Below, in pieces: positions 45,631 to 56,400 of a DNA stretch of 64,000 bases. The stretch covers positions 2,016 to 66,015 of the forward strand of contig JAFZQJ010000018.1 of NCBI GenBank assembly GCA_017620395.1. Reading direction: 5' to 3'. The notes beneath the pieces were generated by a model, which saw only the letters and a list, made by a program, of their open reading frames with translations, made no database searches and was not told where the DNA came from. Every line of letters begins with the position of its first letter. The stretch's first letter is position 1. This stretch comes from Clostridia bacterium (GTDB lineage: Bacteria > Bacillota > Clostridia > Oscillospirales > RGIG8002). The position numbers and the translations under genes were made by a program.

Positions 45631-47049
45631 CAGCAGGATTGCGGCGATGCGGAAGGTGCCGGTCATCCGCGTGAAGCGCAGCTTGTGGTGCTTGAACTCG
45701 GAGCCGTCGTAGACGTCCGCGATGGTCTGGTAGTCGCCCCAGCCGTTCTCGAAGTAGGAGTTGACCGTGCCGACGAGCGAGGTATCCACGCGCATCTGGA
45801 TGACGCCGGACTTGCTCGTGCTTATCGACTTCTCATAGAGTATCTTCACGTTCTTCGCGTCGACCTCGAAGACCAGCGGCTGCTTGCCGCTGCTGACCGA
45901 CCAGGAGCCGCTGAAATCATAGAAGGCGTAGGTGTCCTTCACCCAGCTGCCGAGCGAGGTGGGCTCGAGGCCTTCGTTGCACCAGTACATCTTGGCGTTC
46001 ATGTACTTTTCGCTCGTCATCGGCTGCGCCGGAACCTCGGGGATTATCGTATTGTAATCCGCGTAAACGGCCTTGACGCCGTCGAGGTAGGAGGTGATCA
46101 GATTGCCGACGATCGCGTAGCCGAAGTCGTTCGGGTGCGTGCCGTCGTCGGAAAGCTGGTTCTTGAAGGTGTATCTGCCGCTCTCGCACTCGGGCTTGAT
46201 CGCGTCGCGGTAGCTTATCATCGGGATGCCGTAGGCGCGGCCGACCGGGACCTCCTCCGCCTGCTTGTCGTGGAACCACTCGGTAGTCATGAAGAGCATG
46301 ACGATCGCGGTGTCCGGGCTCTGGGTAACGACGCGGCGGATCAGGTTCTCATAGCTCTCCTGAGTGCCGTCGGAGGTGTCGTTGACCGCGAACTCGACGA
46401 TAAGGAAATCGGGGTCGTGCGCGTAGACGTCGCGCTCAAGGCGGTGGACGCCGAGCATACTGCCCGTCGCGCCGATGCCGGAGTTGTGGAACTTCACGGT
46501 CGTTTGCGGGAAGGCGTCTCTCCACCACTTCGCGACTATGTTCGCGTAGCGCTTGTTCTCGGTAGAAGCGCCGGAGCCGTGGGTTATCGAGCCGCCGAGG
46601 GTGACGACGCTGATCTTTTCGCCGCGGGCGGCCTTCTGCATCACCTTCGCGATGCGGGAGCTGCCGTCGGCGGAAACGATCGCGCGGTCGAGCATCGCCT
46701 GAGTCACCGTCGCGGCGGTGGCGGCGGCGTTCGGGGCGAAGGAAAGCTTCACGCCCGTCTTGCCGAAGGAGCCTATCATTCCCATGGAGCTTCTCATAAT
46801 GCCGAGCGCGTCCTCCGGACCTACGGTCCCGTCGTTCCAAACGTCAAGCACTTCTTTATCCCCCTCTTCATACGCGTACAGTCCCGCCGCGGCGCGCATG
46901 GTCAGCAGCGCGTCGGAAACGGTCAGCGCGCCGTCTTTGTCGACGTCGCCTATAAGCGAACCGGCGACGGCGGCGGCGGAAAGCGGGAGCATTCCCGCGA
47001 ATATCGCCGTCAGCATCAGGACAGCGAGCAGAATTGCGGTAAACTTCAT
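45625..47049 (-). CDS. Secreted SGNH/GDSL-family esterase with an N-terminal dockerin (paralog 1)
   Basis: Signal peptide. Dockerin repeats GDVDKDGALTVSDALLTMR and DVWNDGTVGPEDALGIMR. SGNH blocks VTLGGSITHG, EFAVNDT and DGTHPND. Beta-rich C-terminal domain. Confidence 0.8.
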   Translation of the reverse strand: MKFTAILLAVLMLTAIFAGMLPLSAAAVAGSLIGDVDKDGALTVSDALLTMRAAAGLYAYEEGDKEVLDVWNDGTVGPEDALGIMRSSMGMIGSFGKTGVKLSFAPNAAATAATVTQAMLDRAIVSADGSSRIAKVMQKAARGEKISVVTLGGSITHGSGASTENKRYANIVAKWWRDAFPQTTVKFHNSGIGATGSMLGVHRLERDVYAHDPDFLIVEFAVNDTSDGTQESYENLIRRVVTQSPDTAIVMLFMTTEWFHDKQAEEVPVGRAYGIPMISYRDAIKPECESGRYTFKNQLSDDGTHPNDFGYAIVGNLITSYLDGVKAVYADYNTIIPEVPAQPMTSEKYMNAKMYWCNEGLEPTSLGSWVKDTYAFYDFSGSWSVSSGKQPLVFEVDAKNVKILYEKSISTSKSGVIQMRVDTSLVGTVNSYFENGWGDYQTIADVYDGSEFKHHKLRFTRMTGTFRIAAILLS

Positions 47050-47165
47050 AATATCACCTCTGAGCGTTTATAACTCATTTTACCACGATTATCGCGGCGT
47101 GTCAATTCATAAGGCGCATTTTTTCATATAACAAAAACGGGCCCGCGGGGAGCCCGTTCCGTTAT

Positions 47166-48590
47166 TTATGAAAGCATTATGCCCGCGAGGGTGAAGTTGC
47201 CGCCGCTGCCGGTGAAGGTGACGACGTGCTCCGCCTCCTCGTCGGTCTTGTAGACGGTCTCGTAATAGAGGTGGTCGCCCCAGCCGTCGTTGAAGTTGCC
47301 GTCGACGGTCGCGACGAGGACGCCGTCGACCTTGACGTCGATCCTGCCGGCGTTGGGGTCGGTCTTCCAGCGCATATAGAGCAGGTTTATCTCCTTGCAG
47401 GTGACCGTGAAGGTCAGCGCCTTCCCCTTCTTCGTCGTCAGCCACGCGCCCTTCAGGTGGTTGAAATGCGAGGTCTGATAGTTCTTGTTGACCGTCCAGA
47501 CGCCGAGGCTGTCCGGCTCGAGCGTGCCGCCCATATAGAGCTTGGCGTCCTTATACCGCTCGCCGTAGAGCGCCTCCGGCACGGCGGGCACGACCTTCGA
47601 CAGCTTCGTGTATTTCTTCTTGACGGAGTCAAGGTAGGAGCGGATGAGCGAGGCGTATATCTCGTGCCCCTTGTCGGTCGGGTGCGCGTCGTCGGTGCCG
47701 AAGTCCGTCCAGATCATCGCGTGGGAGGCGAGCAGACCGTTGACGGCGTTCGCGCCGCTGATCATCGGCACGCCGTAGTGATTGCCGATCGGGATCTCGG
47801 TATTCTGCATCGTCCAGCCGCTTTCGCAGACGGTGAAGAACATTATCACGGCGGCGTCCGGGCACTTGGTCAGCACGTTGCGGACGATGCCCTCGTAGTA
47901 GGGGTAGTCCTCCATGGTGTCGTTGACCGAGAACTCGACGATGACGAGGTCGGGGTCCTTCGCGATCACGTCGTCGCCCATGCGGTGGACGCCGAGGATG
48001 CTGCTCGTGCCGCTGATGCCGACGTTGTGGTAGTTGACCTTCGCCTTCGGGAAGTTCTCCGTCCACCACTTATAAGTCAGATACGCCCAGCACTTCTGCG
48101 AGGTGGAGGCGTAGAGTCCGTAGGTTATCGAGCCGCCGAGCGTGACGACGTTGACGGTATCGCCCTTCGCGGCGCGTTCCATCACGCGCGCGAGGCGGGC
48201 GGTGCTGCCCGCGGAGACGAGGGTGTTGTCGAAGATCGCCTGCGTCACGCCGTGCTTCTTCGCGACGGTGTTCGGCGCGTAGGTCACCTCGACGCCGTCG
48301 TAGCCGAAGCCGCCCGTCATGCCGAGCGAGCAGCGCATTATGCCGACCGCGTCGTCCGCGCCGACGGCGCTGTCGCCGGTCACGTCGTAGACCGGAACGT
48401 CTCCGGCGGTGTATTCGTTCAACCCCGCCGCTGCGCGCATGGTCAGCAGCGAGTCGGAGACGGTTATCTCACCGTCCCTGTCGATATCCCCGATCAGCGC
48501 CTCCCCCGCCGCGACGGAGCGCAGCGGAAACGCGCCCGCTATAAGCGTCGCGGCAAGCGTGAACGCGAGCATGATTGCGGTGAATTTCAT
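47166..48590 (-). CDS. Secreted SGNH/GDSL-family esterase with an N-terminal dockerin (paralog 2)
   Basis: Same architecture: GDIDRDGEITVSDSLLTMR, VTLGGSITYG, EFSVNDT and DDAHPTD. It has its own AGGAGG RBS and terminator hairpin (47137-47165). Confidence 0.8.
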   Translation of the reverse strand: MKFTAIMLAFTLAATLIAGAFPLRSVAAGEALIGDIDRDGEITVSDSLLTMRAAAGLNEYTAGDVPVYDVTGDSAVGADDAVGIMRCSLGMTGGFGYDGVEVTYAPNTVAKKHGVTQAIFDNTLVSAGSTARLARVMERAAKGDTVNVVTLGGSITYGLYASTSQKCWAYLTYKWWTENFPKAKVNYHNVGISGTSSILGVHRMGDDVIAKDPDLVIVEFSVNDTMEDYPYYEGIVRNVLTKCPDAAVIMFFTVCESGWTMQNTEIPIGNHYGVPMISGANAVNGLLASHAMIWTDFGTDDAHPTDKGHEIYASLIRSYLDSVKKKYTKLSKVVPAVPEALYGERYKDAKLYMGGTLEPDSLGVWTVNKNYQTSHFNHLKGAWLTTKKGKALTFTVTCKEINLLYMRWKTDPNAGRIDVKVDGVLVATVDGNFNDGWGDHLYYETVYKTDEEAEHVVTFTGSGGNFTLAGIMLS

Positions 48591-48665
48591 ATCGGGCGTT
48601 CCTCCTTTAATGAGCTTTTATGAAGCGAAAGCGGCGCGACGCGCCGCTTCGCAAGCCTTTATTCG

Positions 48666-50102
48666 TCAGGACATGAGCAGTCCGGAAAGCGTGAAGTTGC
48701 CTCCGTTGCAGGTGAAGGTGACCTCGTGCTCCGCGGGTTCGTCGGAGTCGAAGACGTGCTCCTTGGCGAGGTAGTTGCCCCAGCCGCCCGCAAACGTGCC
48801 GTCGAGCGTGGCGAGCTTCACGCCGTCGACGCTGACGTCGACCTTGCCGGCGTTCGGATTGTTATCCGGCAGGTATCTCCAGAAGATGACGTTCAGCTCT
48901 CTGAAGGTCGCCTTGAACTTCAGCGCCTTGCCCTTCTTTTCGGTCGTCCACGCGCCCTTGAGGTGATAGAAGGCGCCGCCGTTGGGCTCGGCCTTCCACG
49001 CGCCGAGCTGAGTGGGCTGGATCGTGCCGCCCATCCAGAGCTTCGCGTCGTCGTAGCGGTCGGTGTAAAGCGGAGCCGCCGGGAACGCCGGGATGACCTT
49101 GGAGAGGCGCTCGTACTTCGCCTTCACGCCGTCAAGGTAGGAGGCGATGAGCGAAGCGACCATCTTGTGGCCGAGGTCGTTCGGGTGGATATTGTCGGGC
49201 GAGATGTCGGTCCACTTGATCGTGCCCGCCTTGAGCAGCGGATTCGTCGCGTCGCGGTAGCTGATCATCGGCAGCTTGTAGTAGTTGCCGATCGGGATCT
49301 CGGTCTCCTGCACGTTTCCGCCGGTCTCGTTCTGCATAAAGAGCATCAGGACCGCGGTTTCGGGATCGTTCGCGAGCACGCGGCGGATGACGCCCTCGTA
49401 GTACTTATACTCGTCCGCCGCGTCGTTAACGGCAAATTCGACGATAAGGAAGTCGGGATTCTTTTTCAGCACGTCGTCCTCGAGGCGGTGCACGCCGAGC
49501 ATACTGCCGGTCGCGCCGATGCCCATATTGTAGAAGTTGAAACGTCCCTGCGGGAAGTTGGCGGTCCACCATTCGTAGGTGCGGTATCCGTAGCAGAGGC
49601 GGCTTGTGGAGGCGGACGAGCCGGCGGTGATCGAGCCGCCGAGGACGACCATATTGATGCGGTCGCCGTTCGCGGCGCGCTGCATCACCTTCGCTAGCTT
49701 GGCGGTGTCGCCGACGGAAACGATAGAGTTATTTATGGAGGTCTGCGTGTACTTGCAGTCGAGCGCGTCCTGATTGGGGACGAACGAAAGCTCGACTCCG
49801 GCGTATCCGAAATCCTTGTCCGCCATGCCGACGGAGCTGCGCAGCAGGCCGAGCGCGTCGTCAACGCCGACTTCGCCGTCGCCGCTGACGTCGTAGACGG
49901 GAACGTCGGACGCGCTGTACTGCTTCAGTCCCGCGGCGGCGCGGAGCGCGCCGAGCGAGTCGGAAACGGTTATGTCGCCGTCCTCGTCAATATCGCCTAT
50001 CATCGCTTCCGCGGCGGCGAGCGTATTCATCGGGAACATACCCGATATCATCGCGACCACCGGAAGCAGCATAAGAAACATAGCCATAATTCTCATATAC
50101 AT
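48666..50102 (-). CDS. Secreted SGNH/GDSL-family esterase with an N-terminal dockerin (paralog 3)
   Basis: GDIDEDGDITVSDSLGALR, VVLGGSITAG, EFAVNDA and DNIHPND. GGAGGG RBS before the ATG at 50102. Confidence 0.8.
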   Translation of the reverse strand: MYMRIMAMFLMLLPVVAMISGMFPMNTLAAAEAMIGDIDEDGDITVSDSLGALRAAAGLKQYSASDVPVYDVSGDGEVGVDDALGLLRSSVGMADKDFGYAGVELSFVPNQDALDCKYTQTSINNSIVSVGDTAKLAKVMQRAANGDRINMVVLGGSITAGSSASTSRLCYGYRTYEWWTANFPQGRFNFYNMGIGATGSMLGVHRLEDDVLKKNPDFLIVEFAVNDAADEYKYYEGVIRRVLANDPETAVLMLFMQNETGGNVQETEIPIGNYYKLPMISYRDATNPLLKAGTIKWTDISPDNIHPNDLGHKMVASLIASYLDGVKAKYERLSKVIPAFPAAPLYTDRYDDAKLWMGGTIQPTQLGAWKAEPNGGAFYHLKGAWTTEKKGKALKFKATFRELNVIFWRYLPDNNPNAGKVDVSVDGVKLATLDGTFAGGWGNYLAKEHVFDSDEPAEHEVTFTCNGGNFTLSGLLMS

Positions 50103-50151
50103 GGGATATCCCTCCGTTTCACCATTATTATATCACCCGCCCGCGCTTATG

Positions 50152-50796
50152 TCAAGACGCGGCGAGCAATATATCAGCGATATCGGCAGGCGTTTCGGCG
50201 ACGTAATCCGCCTCCGCGAACTCCTCCGCCGAGCCGTAACCGTAGAGCACGCCCATAGAGGCGAGCCCCGTCTGCTTCGCGCCCTCGATATCGTAGCTGC
50301 GGTCGCCTATCATGACCGCGCCGCTCCTGTCGGAAACGCCCGCGGACGCGAGCGCGTACTCGATGACGTCGCGCTTGGAGGTGCGCGTTTCGTCCAGCGT
50401 GCTGCCCGCTATGACGGCGAAAAACTCCGCCAGCCCGAAGTGTTCGAGGATCCGCACAGCGAAGGGCTCCGGCTTGGAGGTCGCGACGATGAGCGTCACG
50501 CCCGCCTCCTTCAGGCGGCGCAGCGCGTCCGCGACGCCTTCGTACGGGAGGTTCTCGAACATCCCCCTCGCGACGTAGTACTCGCGGTAGACGCTTATCG
50601 CCTCACGCGCCTGTGCGTCGGAAAGCCCGCAGCGCATAAAGGAGCCGTGCAGCGGCGGCCCGACGAAGAACTCCAGCTCCGACGGCTCCGCTTCTGCGCC
50701 GAAGCGTTTAAGCGCGTAGGCCGCGGCGTTCGTTATGCCCGGCGCGGACTCGGTCAGCGTGCCGTCGAGATCTAAAAGCGCGTATCCGTATTTCAT
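50152..50796 (-). CDS. HAD-family phosphatase (phosphoglycolate phosphatase-like)
   Basis: LLDLDGTLTES motif I, VATSK motif II and GDRSYDIEGA motif III/IV. Confidence 0.85.
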   Translation of the reverse strand: MKYGYALLDLDGTLTESAPGITNAAAYALKRFGAEAEPSELEFFVGPPLHGSFMRCGLSDAQAREAISVYREYYVARGMFENLPYEGVADALRRLKEAGVTLIVATSKPEPFAVRILEHFGLAEFFAVIAGSTLDETRTSKRDVIEYALASAGVSDRSGAVMIGDRSYDIEGAKQTGLASMGVLYGYGSAEEFAEADYVAETPADIADILLAAS

Positions 50797-50814
50797 TCCG
50801 TAACCCCCCCGCTT

Positions 50815-50846
50815 GCAAAAACACCGACCGGAAATCCGGTCGGTGT
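50815..50846 (-). terminator. Terminator downstream of tsf
   Basis: On the minus strand, stem acaccgaccgg / ccggtcggtgt is followed by ttttgc. Confidence 0.75.
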
Positions 50847-50862
50847 TCGGAAATGCGTTTGC

Positions 50863-51777
50863 TTATTTGACCATGCCGGCGACTTCGGCGGCGAAGTTGT
50901 CTTCGCGCTTCTCAAGGCCTTCGCCCTTCTCGAGACGGACGAACTCCTTGATGCAGACGGGAGCGCCGAGCTCCTTGGCGACGTTCTTGACGAAGGTGTC
51001 GACGTTGATTTCGTCGTCCTTGACGAACGCCTGCTCGAGGAGGCAGATCTCCTTGTAGTACTTCGCGATACGGCCCATGACCATCTTCTCGGCGATGTTC
51101 TGAGGCTTGCCCTCGTTGATCGCCTGAGCGAGCAGGATCTCCTTCTCCTTCTCGATGAACTCCGCGGGAACGGAGGCCTTGTCGAGGAAGGTGGGGCTCA
51201 TGGCCGCGATCTGCATCGCGACGTCCTTGGCCATGGAGACGCACTCGGGCTTCGCAAAGGTCGCGTCGTCGGCGTCGAGGTTGACCATGACGCCGATGGT
51301 GCCGCCGCCGTGGATGTAGGTCACGACGTGGCCTTCGTAACGGACGAAACGGCGGATGGTGAGCTTCTCACCGATGGTGAGTATCTTTTCGCGGAGAGCG
51401 TCGGTAACGGTCATGTTACCGCCGTCGATCGTCATGGCGCCGAGCGCCTCAACGTCGGCGGGAGCGTTCTTGCCGACGGTGGCGGCGACGGCCTTGACGA
51501 ACTCCTGGAAGCCGGCGTTCTTGGCGACAAAGTCGGTCTCGCTGTTGACTTCGACGAGCGCGGCGACCTTGCCGTCCTCGGAAACGTAGGAGCCGATTAT
51601 GCCCTCGGCGGCTATTCTGCTGGCCTTCTTCTCGGCGGCGGCTATGCCCTTCTCGCGAAGGTACTCGATAGCCTTTTCCATATCGCCGTCGGACTCGGTG
51701 AGGGCCTTTTTGCAGTCCATCATACCGCAGCCGGTCTTTTCTCTGAGCAGTGCAACGTCTTTCGCAGTGAATGCCAT
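50863..51777 (-). CDS. tsf: Translation elongation factor Ts
   Basis: N-terminal UBA-like LREKTGCGMMDCKKAL, length 304 aa, downstream of rpsB. Confidence 0.96.
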   Translation of the reverse strand: MAFTAKDVALLREKTGCGMMDCKKALTESDGDMEKAIEYLREKGIAAAEKKASRIAAEGIIGSYVSEDGKVAALVEVNSETDFVAKNAGFQEFVKAVAATVGKNAPADVEALGAMTIDGGNMTVTDALREKILTIGEKLTIRRFVRYEGHVVTYIHGGGTIGVMVNLDADDATFAKPECVSMAKDVAMQIAAMSPTFLDKASVPAEFIEKEKEILLAQAINEGKPQNIAEKMVMGRIAKYYKEICLLEQAFVKDDEINVDTFVKNVAKELGAPVCIKEFVRLEKGEGLEKREDNFAAEVAGMVK

Positions 51778-51846
51778 AGTATTATTTCCTCCTATACATA
51801 GTCGATACCCGACAGTATTTCATGTCGGGTATCCCGAACTTATAAA

Positions 51847-52881
51847 TTACTCAGCCTTGTCTTCGGCCTTGGGCTCCGCCTTCTTGGTGGTGCGGCGGGC
51901 GGGCTTCTTCGCGGGCTCTTCGGCCTTCGCTTCTTCGGCCTTGGGCTCTTCAGCCTTGGGCTCCTCCGCCTTCTTGGTGGTGCGGCGGGCGGCGGGCTTC
52001 TTGGCTTCCTTGGCGACGAGGGTGGTCTCCTCGCCGATTATAGCGGCCATAAGGGGCTTGTCGGTCTTCGCGGCCTTGGGAGCGGCCTTCGGCTTCTCGA
52101 CCTTGACCTTGTCTTCTTCAGCCATTACGAAGGGGACGGCTTCCTTGGCTTCGCCCTGAGCGACGGACTCTTCGGGAGCGGCCTCCGCCATGGAGGTGCC
52201 CTGTCTGCCCTCGAGGACGGCGTTGCCGATGATCTCGGAGATCAGCTTGACGGCTCTGATGGCGTCGTCGTTGCCGGGGATGACGTAGTCGACGGCGTCG
52301 GGGTCGCAGTTGGTGTCAACGATGGCGATGACCGGAATGCCGAGCTTCTTGGCTTCGGCGAGAGCGATGTGCTCCTTGCGGGGGTCGACGATGAAGAGCG
52401 CGGAAGGCAGCTTCTTCATGTCCTTGATGCCGCCGAGGAACTTCTCGAGCTTCTCGATCTCGAGGTTGAGCTTGATGACTTCCTTCTTGGGCAGCAGGTC
52501 GAACGTACCGTCCTCCTGCATCTTGCGGAGGTTGGCGAGGCGGTCGACTCTGCGGCGGATGGTCGTGAAGTTGGTGATCATACCGCCGAGCCAGCGGGCG
52601 TTGACGTAGTACATGCCGACTCTCTCGGCCTCTTCCCTGATGGAATCCTGCGCCTGCTTCTTGGTGCCGACGAAGAGCACGGTGCCGCCGTTAGCGGAAA
52701 GCTCGCGGACGAAATCGTAGGCTTCTTCGATTTTCTTGACCGTCTTCTGAAGGTCGATGATGTAAATGCCGTTTCTTTCGGTGAAGATGTACGGAGCCAT
52801 CTTCGGGTTCCAGCGTCTGGTCTGGTGTCCGAAATGGACGCCCGCTTCCAGCAGCTGCTTCATGGATACTACTGTTGACAT
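51847..52881 (-). CDS. rpsB: 30S ribosomal protein S2 with a ~115-aa Lys/Glu/Ala/Pro-rich C-terminal tail
   Basis: [28 protein letters not shown] core. AGGAGG lies 8 nt before the ATG at 52881. The core ends near aa 228 (AVLEGRQG), and the tail carries a duplicated KKPA(A)RRTTKKAE. Confidence 0.93.
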   Translation of the reverse strand: MSTVVSMKQLLEAGVHFGHQTRRWNPKMAPYIFTERNGIYIIDLQKTVKKIEEAYDFVRELSANGGTVLFVGTKKQAQDSIREEAERVGMYYVNARWLGGMITNFTTIRRRVDRLANLRKMQEDGTFDLLPKKEVIKLNLEIEKLEKFLGGIKDMKKLPSALFIVDPRKEHIALAEAKKLGIPVIAIVDTNCDPDAVDYVIPGNDDAIRAVKLISEIIGNAVLEGRQGTSMAEAAPEESVAQGEAKEAVPFVMAEEDKVKVEKPKAAPKAAKTDKPLMAAIIGEETTLVAKEAKKPAARRTTKKAEEPKAEEPKAEEAKAEEPAKKPARRTTKKAEPKAEDKAE

Positions 52882-53080
52882 AATTTTTCCTCCTTGGTTT
52901 TCCCTCCGCCGCACCTACGTTTTGCGACCGGAAACGGCTCCGGCACCGGCAAAACCGCATGCGGCGTGTGAATTGCTGATATATATTATCACAAACCCGC
53001 CCCAAATGCAAGAGTTTTTTTCGGAAAATCGTCATTTTTTTGCGTTTCCGCGCTATTATTTTCAGCGGAGGTGTGAGGAT

Positions 53081-53338
53081 ATGCAAAAGCTGACCGAGCT
53101 GCGCTGCAAGGAAGTGATAAACCTGCGCAACGGCGAGCGTCTCGGCTTCGTCGGCGACCTGCGGATCGAGTGCAAGACCGGCAGGATCGCGGACATTATC
53201 GTGCCGACCGGCTCGCCCCTGCCCTTCTTCAAGCAGGACGAATACGTCATCCCGTGGAACGCGATAGAAAAGATCGGCGAGGACGCGATCCTCGTCGACT
53301 TCGACTGCCCGCCCCGCCCGCGGAAAAAGAGAAGGTAA
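53081..53338 (+). CDS. YlmC/YmxH-family sporulation protein (PRC-barrel)
   Basis: LRCKEVINLRNGERLGFVGDL...VIPWNAIEKIGEDAILV, typical of the family. GGAGGTG RBS. Confidence 0.8.
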   Translation: MQKLTELRCKEVINLRNGERLGFVGDLRIECKTGRIADIIVPTGSPLPFFKQDEYVIPWNAIEKIGEDAILVDFDCPPRPRKKRR

Positions 53339-53341
53339 AAG

Positions 53342-53371
53342 AAAAGCGCCGCCCTACCGGGCGGCGTTTTG
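53342..53371. terminator. Bidirectional terminator between convergent ylmC and the LRR-dockerin gene
   Basis: Stem cgccgccc / gggcggcg with loop tacc, an A-run upstream and tttt downstream. Confidence 0.7.
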
Positions 53372-53426
53372 ATACGCGGTTTATCTTATTCGCAGGCGTT
53401 ATTCGCAGGCGGCGCTGTTTGTTGTA

Positions 53427-56400
53427 TCAAATAGAGAATCTTGTGACCGGCAATCCCGCCGCCATGCGAAGCATACGCAGCGCGTCGGAAACGGTCAGCA
53501 ACCCGTCGTCGTCAACGTCCGCCGCGATGAATACGTCGCCGTCAACAACGATAATGATCCCAAGAACCGCCCTCATAGACATCAGCGCATCCGTGACGCC
53601 GATCTCGCCGTCGCCGTCAGGATCGCCGATTATCACGTTTTCCCCTTTGACTTTTACATCGAACGAATCCGAACAACCGTTATATGTAATGATTACGGTT
53701 TGTCTTCCGCTGTTATTGCTGAAAAAGCCGTCTACGGTAAGCGGCAGCGACGAAGACGAGCCGCTGATGATCATTCGTTGATTGCCGCCGACGGAAATAA
53801 CGTTCGCCGTTTGCGTGGTGTCATTGTCATAATGCAGCCTTATTATCGCGCCGCTCAAATCAAGCTGCTCGCCCTTGATATATTCTGTTTTTGCCGGCTT
53901 GGTCACGATCTCGAGACGGACAAGCGTTTTATCGAGTATCTCGATATCAAACGTCGCACTCTTGCCGCTGTACCGGACAACGATAGTCTTTGTTCCCACG
54001 CTCGTATTGTCAAATCCGGTCACGGCCAGATCTGCAAGAGTGAAATCATCCGCGAACATAAGCTTATACCCGTTATTATAGACCATATACGCCTCGCGGG
54101 TTGTATCGTTATCAAAATAGATCGTAACAATACCGCCGGAAATATCAAGCCGGTCTTTATTGATTAAATACTGCAGTTTGCTCGGAGGCGTAGTGACAGC
54201 TATATCGGATACGCTTTTCGGCGCGACCTCAACGGTGAATGTATCAGTAAAGCCACCGTAAGTAACCGTCAGCGTCTGAACGCCTATCGACGTTATATCG
54301 AAGCCGCTGACTATATCGGCGGTCATTTCGATCGTTTCATACGTATCGTTATTATAATAAAGTGTTATTTCTCCGCCGTCGAGCTCAAGTCCGTCCTTGT
54401 ATTCGATATAGTGCCTGTTAGCCGGCAGGGTCGTGACTCGCATACCGCTTAAAGACTTGGCTATGATCTCAACATCAAACGTCGTTGTCAGTCCTTCATA
54501 TTCGACTGTCAGCGTTTGCTCTCCAACAACTGAATTATCTAATCCACTGACCAGATCGGCGGTCATTTCGATTTCTTCGGATGCACCGCTATCATAATAT
54601 ACGCTGATTATTCCGCCGGAAACATCAATCTCCTCTTTTCCTTCGAGATAAGTCAGCTTATCAGGAAGGCGAGAGACCTCTATATGATTCGGCTTGATAA
54701 ATTCATAAGAAAAACCATTTGATACCGCATATTGATGCGCATAGGAGTTTTTATAAACTATTAAAATAGCGTTGATTTGAATATAGCTGCCTGTATAATA
54801 ATGGAACGCATATTTGCCGATGCTCGTCACGCTGTTCGGTATTGTCACTCTTGTCAGACCGGTGCAGTTGGAGAATGCATAATCGCCGATGCTCGTCACG
54901 CTGTCCGGTATCGTTATGCTCGTAAGGCGGCACCAGTAGAATGCATATTTACCGATGCTCGTCACGCTGCCATCTGCGGGAATAACGCTGTTTTTGCAAC
55001 CGGCTATAAGCGTTTTTGATTCAGTTTCTATCAGGCAGTTACCCGCGCTGTGATAGACGGGATTATTATTTTCAACGGTTATGGCTTCAAGACCGCTGCA
55101 GTATTCGAACGCACCATCGCCGATGCTCGTTACGCTATTGGGTATCGTCACGCTCGTCAGACCGGCGCATATGTGGAACGCATAATCGCCGATGCTCGTC
55201 ACGCTGTTCGGTATCGTCACGCTCGTCAAACCGGTGCAGTTATAGAACGCACTATCGCCGATGCTCGTCACGCTGTCCGGTATCATCACGCTCGTCAAAG
55301 CGGTGCAACTGCTAAACGCATAATCGCCGATGCTCGTCACGCTGTTCGGTATCGTCACGCTCGTCAAAGCGGTGCAACTGCTAAACGCATCATTGACGAT
55401 GCTCGTCACGCCGTCCAGAATAACAACGTCAGTCAAACTATTCTTAAAGCATGTTGTAACAATACCGATACCAGCTGTTCCTGTTATTAAATGCTTCACT
55501 CCGGTGCAGTTGTAGAACACACTACCGCCGATGCTCGTCACGCTGTTCGGTATCGTCACACTCGTAAGATTGCGGCAGTTGAAGAACGCATCGCTGCCGA
55601 TGCTTGTAACGCTATCCGGTATCGTCACGCTCGTCAGACCGGTGCAGTTGGAGAACGCATAATCGCCGATGCTCGTCACGCTACCGTCTGCGGGGATAAC
55701 GCTGTTATTGCAACCAAGTATAAGCGTTTTTGATTCAGTTTCTATCAGGCAGTTGCTTGCGCTGTGATAGACGGGATTATTATTCTCAACGGTTATGGTT
55801 TCAGGACCGCTGCAGTATCCGAACGCACCATCGCCGATGCTTGTCACACTGTCCGGTATCGTCACGCTCGTAAGACCGGTGCATCCACCGAACGCCCAAT
55901 AGCTGATGCTCGTCACGCTGCCGTCTGCAGGGATAACGCTGTTTTTGCAACCGCACATAAGCGTTTTTGATTCTGTTTCAATCAAACAGTTGCTAGCGCT
56001 GTGATAGACGGAATTATTCTCTGCGACGGTTATCGTTTCAAGGCCGCTGCAGTATCCGAACGCACCATCGCCGATGCTCGTCACGCTGTCCGGTATCGTC
56101 ACGCTTGTCAGACCGGTGCAGCTGTGGAACGCGGAATAGGCAATGCCGACCGTTCCGCTTTTTATCGTATATTTTCCTGATATACTGCCATTCGCATTTA
56201 TCAGCCACTTACCGATATAAAGCACGTCATTTTCCCAATTTGATGCATTATTGTAATATCCGGTATTTTTGAACGCATTTGCGCCGATGCTCGTCACGCT
56301 GTCCGGTATCGTCACGCTCTTCAGACCGGTGCAGCCGTTGAACGCATTTTCGCCGATGCTCGTCACGCTGTCCGGTATCGTCACGCTCGTCAGGCCTTTG

